From IMG/VR virus record IMGVR_UViG_3300030099_005838: DNA of 64,000 nucleotides. One strand, 5' to 3'. Every line of letters starts with the position of its first letter. Positions within the stretch are counted from its first letter, which is position 1. This document shows positions 1 to 10,683 of the stretch, one piece after another. The DNA comes from a virus. The notes under the pieces are model-generated. The model was not told the origin of the DNA. It saw only the letters and a list, made by a program, of their open reading frames with translations, and did not search any database. The position numbers and the translations under genes were made by a program.

Positions 1-702
1 GCACAACAAAGAGTTGTAACAAAGGAAGATTATATTGTCAGAACCTATGCTTTGCCTCCTAAGTTTGGTAATATAGCAAAAGCATGCGTCATACAAGATA
101 GTCAACTTGACCTAAACAACACTGGTGATGCAAATGCAGACAGTAGAATTATGAATCCATTGGCTTTAAATCTTTATGTGTTGGGTTATGATGCACAGAA
201 AAAGTTAACACAAGTAAATAGGGCGGTGAAAGAAAATATACAAACCTATCTAACACAATTCAGAATGGTTACAGATGCAGTAAATATCAAAGATGCCTTT
301 GTAATTAACATAGGTGTAAAATTTAACATACTTTCAAAAGTTGGTTACAATGGTGAAGAAGTCGTTTTGAAAGCCATTCAGAGGGTGAGAAACTTTTTCA
401 TCACAGATAAGTGGCAAATAGGACAACCAATTATACTAGCAGATTTGGCCTATCAAATATCTTTAGTTGATGGTGTCTCTGCAGTTGTACCACCTGAAGA
501 AAATAATCCAAATGGTTTACCAGTATTGATTGTTAATAAAGTTCTAGCATCGCAAGGTTACTCAGGTAATATTTATGATTTAAATGCCGCAACCAAAGAA
601 GGAGTCATATATCCATCTCTCGACCCAAGTTGCTTTGAGTTGAAATTTCCAAATGTGGATATTGAAGGAAGAGTTGTGGGTAGTTCAGCGGGGGGTAACT
701 AA
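1..702 (+). CDS. Baseplate wedge subunit, T4 gp6-like (C-terminal part; 5' end outside window)
   Basis: Frame is open from base 1: AQQRVVTKEDYIVRTYALPPKFG matches the AQxRxVTxEDY motif of gp6/baseplate-J proteins. The ORF-track start at 52 is an internal TTG. Confidence 0.8.
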   Translation, partial: AQQRVVTKEDYIVRTYALPPKFGNIAKACVIQDSQLDLNNTGDANADSRIMNPLALNLYVLGYDAQKKLTQVNRAVKENIQTYLTQFRMVTDAVNIKDAFVINIGVKFNILSKVGYNGEEVVLKAIQRVRNFFITDKWQIGQPIILADLAYQISLVDGVSAVVPPEENNPNGLPVLIVNKVLASQGYSGNIYDLNAATKEGVIYPSLDPSCFELKFPNVDIEGRVVGSSAGGN

Positions 703-1826
703 TGCATTATTTTATTTTTCCAGAAAAGGATACAACTATATATCAAATGAGTGCAAGTAAAAATACAGGACTTGATGAGATTTTAGAAATTAGAAAAGAT
801 TTAAACGCATCAGGAAAAAATCCAAAAGTTTCACGTGCATTGATTCAATTTGATTTATCTTACATTTCGGCATCGATGGTTAGGGGTACAATATCAAATC
901 CAAAATTTTATTTAAATTTATATGATGCAGATCCTAAGAATTTATCTTATAGTCAATCACTTTTTGCCTATGCAGTAAGTCAGAGTTGGGTAGTTGGTGA
1001 AGGATTCTCAGCAGATAGTCCACTAACTGAAGAGGGATGTAGTTGGAGATTCAGAGATGGTAGTACACAGAGAACATTGTGGACAGGTTCTATATCAGCA
1101 TCAGGTGGAACGTGGTTTGATGATGTTTATGCATCACAATCTTTTAGTTATGAGACTAGAGATTTAAGAATGGATGTTACACCTATTGTAAACAAGTGGC
1201 TAGGTAGTACAAGACCCAATGAGGGTTTCATACTCAAGAGAAGTGGTAGCGTTGGAAACTTAGATATAAACACAGATGAGGGTAGTAATGATAGACTTGG
1301 TAATTTTTCATTCTTTTCAAGACAAACTAACACAGTTTATCCACCTAAATTAGAGGTAGAGTGGTATGATACACAATGGAGCACAGGTTCCTTATCACCA
1401 CTAAACTCAACGGAATTAGAGGATACGGTTGTTTACATGAAAAATATTCGTAAAACCTATAAAGAGAATTCACAAGTAAGGTTTAGATTGGTAGGTAGAG
1501 GAAGGTATCCTACTAAATCATTTTCAAATACCTCTTCGGAATTCCTAACTGTAAAGTATTTACCAAGCGGTAGTATAGAAAGTATCGGTGGTGACGGTGC
1601 TTACTATTCGGTTAAAGATGCAGATACCGAAGAAACAATAATACCGTTTGGAACAGGCTCTCTTATAAGCTGTGACTCTACAGGTAATTATTTCAATTTA
1701 TGGATGAATGGATTACAATCAGAAAGATACTATAAATTTGAATTTAAAGTTGTTAGTGGTAGTAATACCGCAAACGAAATTGTAAATTTTTATGATGACG
1801 ATTATGTATTTAAAGTTGAGAGATAA
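702..1826 (+). CDS. Virion structural protein (baseplate region)
   Basis: 374 aa; TAATG overlap with the gp6-like gene; beta-rich and SGS-rich like neighbouring structural genes. Confidence 0.55.
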   Translation: MHYFIFPEKDTTIYQMSASKNTGLDEILEIRKDLNASGKNPKVSRALIQFDLSYISASMVRGTISNPKFYLNLYDADPKNLSYSQSLFAYAVSQSWVVGEGFSADSPLTEEGCSWRFRDGSTQRTLWTGSISASGGTWFDDVYASQSFSYETRDLRMDVTPIVNKWLGSTRPNEGFILKRSGSVGNLDINTDEGSNDRLGNFSFFSRQTNTVYPPKLEVEWYDTQWSTGSLSPLNSTELEDTVVYMKNIRKTYKENSQVRFRLVGRGRYPTKSFSNTSSEFLTVKYLPSGSIESIGGDGAYYSVKDADTEETIIPFGTGSLISCDSTGNYFNLWMNGLQSERYYKFEFKVVSGSNTANEIVNFYDDDYVFKVER

Positions 1827-1828
1827 AA

Positions 1829-2137
1829 ATGCCTTACACACAAGAAGAACTTCAACAAAACGAATATTATCAAAATTTGATAAATGCAGATGAACAGGCT
1901 TATGAAGCACAAAGAGAACTTTATAGGACTGCTTTCTTAAATAGTGGTGGTGAAGATAATGGTAGTTTGTTGACTAGAGATCAAGATGGGACAATATTAC
2001 TATTTGAAAATCCGTATACAGGTGAGTTGTATGAGGATGAAACTACATCCTATCTTAAAACGCTAGAAGTTGAACAGTATAAAATCAATGAAGATATATT
2101 AGATGAGGTTATTAATAGAAATATAACGGAACTATAA
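1829..2137 (+). CDS. Hypothetical acidic protein
   Basis: 102-aa ORF tightly coupled to both neighbours; no recognised motif. Confidence 0.6.
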   Translation: MPYTQEELQQNEYYQNLINADEQAYEAQRELYRTAFLNSGGEDNGSLLTRDQDGTILLFENPYTGELYEDETTSYLKTLEVEQYKINEDILDEVINRNITEL

Positions 2138-5100
2138 TGGCGAGTAATCTAAGACAAGAAGATAAAAATTTATTATCAGCAGGTAATAAAATAAGAATTG
2201 GTAATAAGCCTTATGAGAATGGTGTGTTTGGAAGTAGAGAAAATCGTGATTTTATATTCTTTCAACTTTCAGACTTAAATGGCAACGTAATCGAATTTCG
2301 TAACATTCCATTTTCTCAAATAAACCTACAAGATAATGGTAATTTATTACTACAACCACCAGAACATTTCAAAGATTCTGAAATTACTTCAGGTACATAC
2401 AACGTAACTTATAGATTTCTGAGAAGATTAGCAGGCGATGATACAACAATTTTGGTAAGAACAACACCGAATGCAGAAGATGGTAAATTCCATATTTGGG
2501 AAGATTATCAGAATATTGAAATTACGGATGATGGTATCGTTTATGAAAAACTGAATGTAAATGGTGACTATTTCGAAAGAGGACAGGAATTACAAGTTAA
2601 AAATCTAAAATATCAGATTGACGCAATATCACCCTCTCGTACTGAGGTAAGATTAAGAGCTCAAAATTTTGATGGATTGAATTACAAAGAGGATTTTTTT
2701 AGATTAGGAGAGACGGTAAGAAAATCGATATCCATGCAAGGTTCTGTAATAGAATTTTTGGTGAATGAAGGCGAGAATTTAAATGATGTGAATACACTTA
2801 GGATAACCCCACAAATAGATGATTTTGTTTTTACACCAAGAATGGTTGATGGTACGATTACTATAAATGACGTATATCTTGTTGATGAAATTTTATCAAC
2901 ACCAAAGAGTGATGACATAGCAATTAATGGTGGTGGAGAACTTGTGGTTATTGGAGATTTAACTAATGTAAAATTTTTGGCAAATGAGTTTACATGGGAT
3001 GCAAACCTACATGAAAAAGCGATTGAGGTTCAGAATTGGAGTACAGGTTATTTAGGTTGGTTACAGAAACCGACATCAATATGGAATGAGACTATGGGTC
3101 TCGGTTATTGGGCACATTGGGTGCAAGATGAAGGAAAGGACGGTGGTGTATGTATGAAATTTCCAGATATCAATCAAACCTATGAACAGACAATAGATTT
3201 TTGGCCAGTAGGAGAACCGCACAGACCATTGCTGATACAACAAAACTATAGCACTAATCTAACCACATTTGGTGTAAGTCATAATGATAATATAATCGTT
3301 ACGTTTGATGCTAAAAGTACGGTAGTCAATAAGCCACTTAGAGTTACCGCTCGTTATCCAAATGCAGCTCTGACAGAAGATAAACCTACAAACCCACCTA
3401 ATGGCTTTTATGATCCTGAAGCTCCTCCTATTGAGGAAGAGATACCGCCGATACCCGATGGTTTTATTGGGCCAGGTGACCTTTCTGGTGTGGAACCTGA
3501 ACCACCAAGTAATCTAAATGGAATAGTTGAATACTTTAATCTAGATGCTCAACAAGCACAGGCGATAGCCATCGGTTTGAATGGCCCATTGAATATAGGT
3601 ATGACAACAGCTGATACGCTTTTTGGCGGGGTTGGATTTTGGAAAATTCAAAGTGTAGAGGGTACTAACAATACCCTAACAATAACATGGGAGATAAATA
3701 CCGATTATTCAGGTTTCAATCTATTTGATGGATTGGTAAGTGCTGGTGGACAATGGGTTTGGGATGGTATTGCTATCTCTTGGACACCAAATACTGGTAA
3801 TGGCTATTCACTACCCGAAGCCACACCCGGCACGGTTAGTGCTGAGGAATTTCCTAATGCAGTGAATAAAAGCATTTATCAACAACAGGGTGTGGGTGTG
3901 CCTGTCTTTGTAAGGACAACAAACGTAGGAGAAAATGCAGGTTGGGTTACGGGTTTTGTAGGCGGAGGTGGTGCTGATGCTAAAGCAGTATTAGTTAAGG
4001 ATGATTTACTTTGGGAGGTAACTCCTGATTCGAATTTCGATAATGCAAAACATTATACATTTACTGAATTTTTTCTTACATCAACATATAGTAGTGTCAA
4101 CTCATACTATGGTGCGATTAAGATGATTATCAACGAAGACGGTGATGGTGTTGTAGATGCTAATGGTAGAACTTTAGATTATCTGATATTTGCTAATGGT
4201 GGTTACATTCAGTCAATAACCAGAGATAGAAAATTAACCCAATCAGAAGATACACCAGAGGGTTATGTGATATGTTATAATGATGGTTTAGGTACGAGTA
4301 AATCAAACAAGATTGCAAATATATACAAAAATGAAGATTTTCAATATCAAATAGAAATAAAAGCTGTAGAGAATATTTCAGAAATATTGAATCAGTCTAT
4401 ACTGAATAACGGTAATCGCTATGAAATAACCCTTAGAACCAGGCCAGATAAATCTTATCGATTTGAATTTTTCGTTCTAGTCGGTAGTAAGGTATTTAGA
4501 CGAAGCACTTCTACCACTAGACATTTTTTAAATGCATTTCCTAGTGCCACATCAGCGGATTTTGAACCTTTTGAAGCACCCCAAAACATTTCCGAAAATG
4601 AAGAGTTTAATCTTTGGTTAGATAGCGAGCCACAGGTTTGTTTTGAAATGTATGGTATACCAGCTGGTAATGAGGATGATGATGAACAACTTCATTATTG
4701 GTCGAAATTCCATCACATAAAATTTAATGAACCTCAGACTGTTAAAATAGTTGGAACAGACGAGGTGTCTCCAGGTATCTTAGTAGGTAATGGAATACAA
4801 AATACTTCAGCAATTAATGATATTTTCTTCAACGCTGGTATTTCCCAGCGTGTGGATGATAGTGGAGGACAGGAATTACAGTTTGGAGTTCTAAACCCTT
4901 CTGCATTAAACTATAATCCACAAGCCGTTTATTTAGACAACCAGATTGAACCAGAATTTGATTACGCTGCAGATCCTAGAAAGATAGGTGTTTTATCACC
5001 TGGTGAATTTTGGAGGTGGAGCGGTGCGATTGATCCCGGCTGGGAGTATCAAGGTGTAGTGCCTCTTGCATATTCATACGCTAGACCTGCGGAACCACCG

Positions 5101-8100
5101 GTGAGAACTACTAAGTCGAATGAGTGGGAAACCTTTACTGTATCAATACCTGTTAGGGAGGATTGGATTTTAGGTTCAACAAGTACATGGTCATTAGTTT
5201 TTGAAGGACATGACATTTTTGGCACAGATACATTCGGCGTAAGTTGGATTGACAATGTTCAGGTTCGATTTGAATTTACAGCACAAAGTACAACGGAGGA
5301 AGTTTTAAAACCATTTGTAGCTCAGATAAAAACTGTAAGTGATGATGGATTGACAATTACAACAAATAAAACTTTTTCCGATGTTGCATTGGAGTTAGGT
5401 GAGGATGACAATCCGGCCGAAGCTTTTTATGATAATACCAGTAATAATGGTGTATATTCATCTTATCAAACTGAGTATTTAATTTTCAATCCTCGTGAGT
5501 TAAGAACTTACATCAAATATGAAAATAGTTTTTTCTTAACGACTAATTTTAGACAAGACAAACAATCAATCGGTAATTATCCACATGGTATTGTATTTAA
5601 ATTATACCAACCATTACCACAGGGTATAAAAAGATTTGATGAAATCACTATTGTAAAGGAAATGGCTGAGACTTCTGTAGAGCGTATGAAAGTTGTTGAC
5701 TTCATACCTGAAGAAGTAGGAGATAGAGTTTTAAAAAGTCCTGATTTGGGTAATTTAGATAGTGGTATCGTAAGAAGGTCATCTCAATTCAAAAGTGAAA
5801 CCGATTTACTAACATCTGATACCAATATATCTGAAACTCTAAGGAATCAATTCATATCACAAAGTTTAGATAGTGCAGAAATTAATGTTGATTACACACA
5901 ATACAAAAACTTTGTAAACTTTGGCTCGGTCCAAAGAAGATTAGAAAATTTTAAGTATAAATTAGAACTTATTGAATCTTACAATGCTCAAAGTGGTTCT
6001 TTGGAAAGTATTAGTGGTTCTCTCAAAGATATAACGAAATGGGAGACACTTACGAAAGAGGTTAAAAATAATTTTGATGCTTTTGAACATTATATGTTTT
6101 TCGAAAGTTCATCTTATGTAAGTAGTTCGTTGGGAGTATTTCACGATAATGCTTGGCCTAAAGCATCTGGTGCAGGTACAGTAAGAAGTCCTTATGTTCT
6201 TGCACATACAACATCATCACAAGCAACAGCTTGGTACACAAACTCAATTAAGTCTGCTTCATTGTATGATGAAGAAAATTTAAATAAATTAAGTTCTCTA
6301 TTACCAGAACACATAAGAATAGATACCAGTAATGAATTATATCTAAGGTTTACAGATATGCTTGGTCATCACTTCGATGAAATATGGTTATATATCAAAG
6401 CAATGGGAGATGTCTTTGATAGAAGGGAGAGTTTAGATCAGGGTATTTCTAAAGATTTACTGTATGAAGTTGGTAAATCTTTGGGTTGGACTTTGAGTGA
6501 TGGAACGGATTTAGTTGATTTACCTCGATATGCTACAGGTGCAGAAGTTACAGGTTCAGTCTACTCTGATTATTCTGCGGTAGCTGAAAAGGATATATCT
6601 CGTGAGATTTGGAGCCGTATTATAAATAACATGCCGTTCTTTTTAAAGAATAAAGGGACTGTAAAAGCATTAAAAGGATTAATAAATGTCTATGGTATAC
6701 CATCAACTATTTTAAGAGTGAAGGAATATGGGGGACCAGATGTTCCCAATAATGATTTACCACAGTTTGAGATAAGTAGAAAATTTACGAGAGCATTAGA
6801 TTTCAGAGGTTCTCAGTTTGTTAAGACACCTTGGACTGGAAGTCTAACAGGCACTGAGAGAAAGCCGGATACCATTGAGTTTAGATTTAGAGCAGCCACT
6901 GGTTCAAATCAGATATTAGTAGAAAAACAATCAGCAAATCCATCTTCAAGTTTTTACATAAGATTGAAAGACAATAATTCTACGGATAATTTTGGTCATG
7001 TTGCTTTTCAACTTAGCGGTTCGGATGGATTGAAAGAGGTATCATCATCAAACCTACCTGTTTATGACGGCGATTTTTATTCAGTAATGCTCAGAAGGAC
7101 CTCTGGATCAGATGCTAGTAACGTTTCTCAATCATTCGAATTATCCGTTGGTAAGTATGATGCAAGTAGAAGTAAACTAAATATTTTTTCTGCGGTTACA
7201 ATGTCAACTGATATTGCAGCATCATCATCTTTTAATTTAAATTATGCGACAGATGGTGATATTTACATAGGTGGTAGTGGTACTAAACCAAATGTTGGTG
7301 TTCAGTTTTCCGGTTCTATTATGGAGTACAGGCATTGGACTGAAACTTTAGGTGTGAAACACTTCAAAAATCATATATCCAATCCTCAAGCCTATGAGGG
7401 TAATCACCAAACATCTTCGTATCAAAACTTAGTGCTTAGATATTCATTCAATGATAATAAGAATTTAGCGACAGATACAGTCGGAATACTAGACGTAAGT
7501 TCGAAAGCAACACCTTCAACATCTGGTTCACATAGCGGGTTTAGTGGTAATTTTTTCAGAAACGTTGTGGATGAAACCAAAACTCATATACCAAGTATTG
7601 GTGCTTTAAGAAGGGTGACAAATAAGATAAGAATAGAAAGTAACCCTATAAAGCCTGGTGAGGTTTTACAGATTAACAAAAGAGCAACAAATAGTGCTTA
7701 CGACACTGCACCAAATGATTCTAATAAAGTTGGGATATTCTTTGCACCAACCGACGTGATTAACAATGATATTATAAATTCTGTTGGTGATTTAAACTTT
7801 GATAATATTTTAGGTGATCCTCGCGATGTTCAGGAACTTAGTTATAGGGGTTTGAAACAATCATCCGATTCGTATTGGAAAAAATATAATGCACCAAATA
7901 ATTTTTGGGATTATCTCAGATTATTAAAATTTTACGATCAATCTTTGTTTCCACAATTAAAGAAAATGATTCCTGCAAGAGCAAGATCAACAGTAGGGGT
8001 TTTGATTGAACCAAATATATTCGAAAGACCTAAAGTCATAATGGGTAGAAAGCCAGAATTTGAAGACCTTTCATTTACATCTTCTATAAACTTAACAGAT

Positions 8101-8874
8101 GGACACCTAGAGTTATCTGGATCTTATAATAGCGGAGTTGAGGCTTCTTCATTTGATGCATATACAGGAGAAATTTTAGTCAACAGTTATGAGACTGGTT
8201 CAACAAATTACAAATGGACTGGCAGTTATGATACTTATGAAGGTACTATATCAGATTTTAAAAATGGAAATTTCGATTTATCTATATGGCAACAGTTGGG
8301 AAGTGGTTTATATATATCATCGTCTGTAACCTTTGGAGATATCAAACCAAAAGAAGTTCATCAACCTATAATTAGTGGTTCAAGAATTTTTGGTAGAAAT
8401 CAACAAACAGAGAGATTTTATACTAGTCACGAAAATGCCACTAAAGGCATAGTTAATTCATCGTCTTTCAAAAATGTGGATATAGATAATCTTGCAGATG
8501 AAAATCTTGCAAAATTTAATTCTTTCTATGCAGGTGTTAAAAATACAGAAAATACAACAATTGATGGAGGTGCACCGATTGAAATTGTAATAACGTCACC
8601 TACAAAACTCGTTACACAAAAAGGTGGAGATTCTACTCTTACAACAGGTGATGGTATAGTACCAGGTTTTAAAAATGATAGTGAACCGAAGGGCAGTGAT
8701 AAAATTGGAGTGAAAGCTACTGGGCAAGTCAGTACTAACCCTATACAGGTAACGCCTGAAGAAATTAATATTATAAAAAAAGGTGGTATACCAAAAAAAC
8801 GAAAAACGAAGGGTAAACCAATAGATGTATTGAAAGTAGTTAAGTCAGGTAAGAAAGGTAAGAAAGGGAAATAA
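2137..8874 (+). CDS. Large baseplate wedge protein (gp7-like) with LamG/concanavalin-like and carbohydrate-binding-like domains
   Basis: 2245 aa. LLPEHI...MLGHHFDEIWLYIK...KGTVKALKGLINVYGIP resembles gp7/P2-gpI wedge segments, followed by a LamG-like stretch (TIEFRFRA...FSGSIMEYRHW). Lies in the baseplate cluster. Confidence 0.6.
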   Translation: MASNLRQEDKNLLSAGNKIRIGNKPYENGVFGSRENRDFIFFQLSDLNGNVIEFRNIPFSQINLQDNGNLLLQPPEHFKDSEITSGTYNVTYRFLRRLAGDDTTILVRTTPNAEDGKFHIWEDYQNIEITDDGIVYEKLNVNGDYFERGQELQVKNLKYQIDAISPSRTEVRLRAQNFDGLNYKEDFFRLGETVRKSISMQGSVIEFLVNEGENLNDVNTLRITPQIDDFVFTPRMVDGTITINDVYLVDEILSTPKSDDIAINGGGELVVIGDLTNVKFLANEFTWDANLHEKAIEVQNWSTGYLGWLQKPTSIWNETMGLGYWAHWVQDEGKDGGVCMKFPDINQTYEQTIDFWPVGEPHRPLLIQQNYSTNLTTFGVSHNDNIIVTFDAKSTVVNKPLRVTARYPNAALTEDKPTNPPNGFYDPEAPPIEEEIPPIPDGFIGPGDLSGVEPEPPSNLNGIVEYFNLDAQQAQAIAIGLNGPLNIGMTTADTLFGGVGFWKIQSVEGTNNTLTITWEINTDYSGFNLFDGLVSAGGQWVWDGIAISWTPNTGNGYSLPEATPGTVSAEEFPNAVNKSIYQQQGVGVPVFVRTTNVGENAGWVTGFVGGGGADAKAVLVKDDLLWEVTPDSNFDNAKHYTFTEFFLTSTYSSVNSYYGAIKMIINEDGDGVVDANGRTLDYLIFANGGYIQSITRDRKLTQSEDTPEGYVICYNDGLGTSKSNKIANIYKNEDFQYQIEIKAVENISEILNQSILNNGNRYEITLRTRPDKSYRFEFFVLVGSKVFRRSTSTTRHFLNAFPSATSADFEPFEAPQNISENEEFNLWLDSEPQVCFEMYGIPAGNEDDDEQLHYWSKFHHIKFNEPQTVKIVGTDEVSPGILVGNGIQNTSAINDIFFNAGISQRVDDSGGQELQFGVLNPSALNYNPQAVYLDNQIEPEFDYAADPRKIGVLSPGEFWRWSGAIDPGWEYQGVVPLAYSYARPAEPPVRTTKSNEWETFTVSIPVREDWILGSTSTWSLVFEGHDIFGTDTFGVSWIDNVQVRFEFTAQSTTEEVLKPFVAQIKTVSDDGLTITTNKTFSDVALELGEDDNPAEAFYDNTSNNGVYSSYQTEYLIFNPRELRTYIKYENSFFLTTNFRQDKQSIGNYPHGIVFKLYQPLPQGIKRFDEITIVKEMAETSVERMKVVDFIPEEVGDRVLKSPDLGNLDSGIVRRSSQFKSETDLLTSDTNISETLRNQFISQSLDSAEINVDYTQYKNFVNFGSVQRRLENFKYKLELIESYNAQSGSLESISGSLKDITKWETLTKEVKNNFDAFEHYMFFESSSYVSSSLGVFHDNAWPKASGAGTVRSPYVLAHTTSSQATAWYTNSIKSASLYDEENLNKLSSLLPEHIRIDTSNELYLRFTDMLGHHFDEIWLYIKAMGDVFDRRESLDQGISKDLLYEVGKSLGWTLSDGTDLVDLPRYATGAEVTGSVYSDYSAVAEKDISREIWSRIINNMPFFLKNKGTVKALKGLINVYGIPSTILRVKEYGGPDVPNNDLPQFEISRKFTRALDFRGSQFVKTPWTGSLTGTERKPDTIEFRFRAATGSNQILVEKQSANPSSSFYIRLKDNNSTDNFGHVAFQLSGSDGLKEVSSSNLPVYDGDFYSVMLRRTSGSDASNVSQSFELSVGKYDASRSKLNIFSAVTMSTDIAASSSFNLNYATDGDIYIGGSGTKPNVGVQFSGSIMEYRHWTETLGVKHFKNHISNPQAYEGNHQTSSYQNLVLRYSFNDNKNLATDTVGILDVSSKATPSTSGSHSGFSGNFFRNVVDETKTHIPSIGALRRVTNKIRIESNPIKPGEVLQINKRATNSAYDTAPNDSNKVGIFFAPTDVINNDIINSVGDLNFDNILGDPRDVQELSYRGLKQSSDSYWKKYNAPNNFWDYLRLLKFYDQSLFPQLKKMIPARARSTVGVLIEPNIFERPKVIMGRKPEFEDLSFTSSINLTDGHLELSGSYNSGVEASSFDAYTGEILVNSYETGSTNYKWTGSYDTYEGTISDFKNGNFDLSIWQQLGSGLYISSSVTFGDIKPKEVHQPIISGSRIFGRNQQTERFYTSHENATKGIVNSSSFKNVDIDNLADENLAKFNSFYAGVKNTENTTIDGGAPIEIVITSPTKLVTQKGGDSTLTTGDGIVPGFKNDSEPKGSDKIGVKATGQVSTNPIQVTPEEINIIKKGGIPKKRKTKGKPIDVLKVVKSGKKGKKGK

Positions 8875-8898
8875 TAGTAACAAAAATTAAATAAGTTT

Positions 8899-8907
8899 AT
8901 ATTTATA
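8899..8907 (+). promoter_or_regulatory. Putative late promoter motif ATATTTATA
   Basis: Intergenic, 46 nt upstream of ATG 8953. The same motif precedes eight other + strand genes. Confidence 0.55.
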
Positions 8908-8952
8908 TATGACTTCAAATATTTAAAAAAAAACATATCTTAGGAGTAAATT

Positions 8953-9630
8953 ATGGGATTTCTGAACAATACAACCATAACCGTTGATGCTATTCTAACA
9001 AAGAAAGGTCGTGAATTATTAGCACAAGGTACAAATGCATTTAATATAACAAAGTTTGCACTGGCAGACGATGAAGTTGATTACAAACTTTGGGATGTTT
9101 CACATCCAAATGGTAGTGATTTCTACGGTAAAGTAATTGAAAACATGCCTCTTTTAGAAGCACTACCTGATGAAAATCATGTTATGCGATATAAGCTTGT
9201 AACTCTACCGAAGAATACTTCTAAGATGCCTGTCTTAACACTAAATCCAAGCTCAGTAACTTTTGCGGCAGCAGGTGGTTTAAACCAACCATCAGTAACA
9301 GTCGCTGGAATTACGGCTAATGTATCTGATAACAGTTATACATTTATATTACATGATCAATCGGTTGTAAATATGGAAATTGCAAGTGGAGCAGGAGCTG
9401 GAGCACCAGGTGCTTCAACACCTTTCTTTTTAGGTGAAGATGATGCACCAAATAGTAAGACAGTTGTAGCTAATAGTGTAAGAATATCACTAATACCATT
9501 GAGTGCCTCAACACCTGATGGTGGTAAGGCAACTCAATTAACTGTAATCGGAAATGATACAGGTGCAACTTCATCAATAACAATTACAAATGCAGTGAGA
9601 GTCGCAAACGATTCAGTCGCACTTGATTAA
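8953..9630 (+). CDS. Baseplate/virion structural protein
   Basis: 225 aa; AGGAG RBS at 8942-8946; N-terminal TKKGRELLA...ITKFALADDEVDY resembles baseplate/tail-collar N-terminal segments. Confidence 0.6.
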   Translation: MGFLNNTTITVDAILTKKGRELLAQGTNAFNITKFALADDEVDYKLWDVSHPNGSDFYGKVIENMPLLEALPDENHVMRYKLVTLPKNTSKMPVLTLNPSSVTFAAAGGLNQPSVTVAGITANVSDNSYTFILHDQSVVNMEIASGAGAGAPGASTPFFLGEDDAPNSKTVVANSVRISLIPLSASTPDGGKATQLTVIGNDTGATSSITITNAVRVANDSVALD

Positions 9631-9640
9631 GGAGTAAAAA

Positions 9641-10666
9641 ATGGCAGTATATAAAATATTCGATCAAACCAATGATGTGATTTCAAACATCAAAGACACA
9701 GTATCTTCAGGTATGTGGGAAAATGGTAGCAGTACATTAACATCATTTTTTACATCTTCAACGCAATCTGGAAGTAGTGGTACACATTATTTCGATGTGT
9801 ATGGTACAAACCCCCAAACAACTACCACCGCAAAAGCACAATTTTCGATAGCATATGCCCATCTAAATGGAAGTGGTTCTAAAGGTGCATTAGGAGTTGA
9901 TGGGTTGAGAGCATCAGCTGCAGTATACAGACAGTTATCCAATACATTGTTAGGACCTAACGAAAGACAATTTACGTTCGCCGGTACGGGCACTCACATC
10001 AAACCAAAATTTGTATATGCTATTTCTATAGCGAGAGAGTTTCTAAGAGAGAAAATGGATCCAGGCAATTGGGAGCTTCATATTAGTGGTAGTGGTAATA
10101 CACTTTTAAAATTTATAGATGATAGTGGTGCCACTACAAATCCAACTGTGAATCAGGGTGGTAGAGTTTTCAATATTGTTAGCGGTTCAATCGCTAGTGG
10201 TACAGCTGTCACAAAAACTTCAGCTGCGAGTCAAGAAGGTGGTGGATACGGATTGTTCTATCCTGACTTAGGTATATTGGTTTTCAACGGGCCTGTATTA
10301 AATACATCTGCATCACTTGGACACGTGTCTGCAAGTAATACAAACGGTGATAACAACAATAAGTTTTATGAAAGAATTCGCGTTGCCGGTAAATTTCAGG
10401 CTAGAAGAGAGGAAATTATTACTTCCCAACATTATTTTGTAAGAGCAGGAAATCAGGAGTTTAATTTTAGTTCTAATCCAACATTTTCTACGGCTTCAGA
10501 TGGTTCTTTTACACAGCCAACTTACTTTAAAAATCCAAAATCTTTTATTACACAAGTCGGATTATATAATGAAGCTAATGAACTTCTGGCTGTTGCTAAA
10601 TTAAGTAAACCACTTTTGAAATCTTTTTCTAGAGAAGCTCTTATAAAAGTAAAATTAGATTTCTAA
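9641..10666 (+). CDS. Baseplate/tail-collar-type structural protein
   Basis: 341 aa; C-terminal ITQVGLYNEANELLAVAKLSKP is a tail-collar-fibre-type motif; AGGAG RBS at 9630-9634. Confidence 0.6.
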   Translation: MAVYKIFDQTNDVISNIKDTVSSGMWENGSSTLTSFFTSSTQSGSSGTHYFDVYGTNPQTTTTAKAQFSIAYAHLNGSGSKGALGVDGLRASAAVYRQLSNTLLGPNERQFTFAGTGTHIKPKFVYAISIAREFLREKMDPGNWELHISGSGNTLLKFIDDSGATTNPTVNQGGRVFNIVSGSIASGTAVTKTSAASQEGGGYGLFYPDLGILVFNGPVLNTSASLGHVSASNTNGDNNNKFYERIRVAGKFQARREEIITSQHYFVRAGNQEFNFSSNPTFSTASDGSFTQPTYFKNPKSFITQVGLYNEANELLAVAKLSKPLLKSFSREALIKVKLDF

Positions 10667-10683
10667 ACTGGGAGATATAGGTC

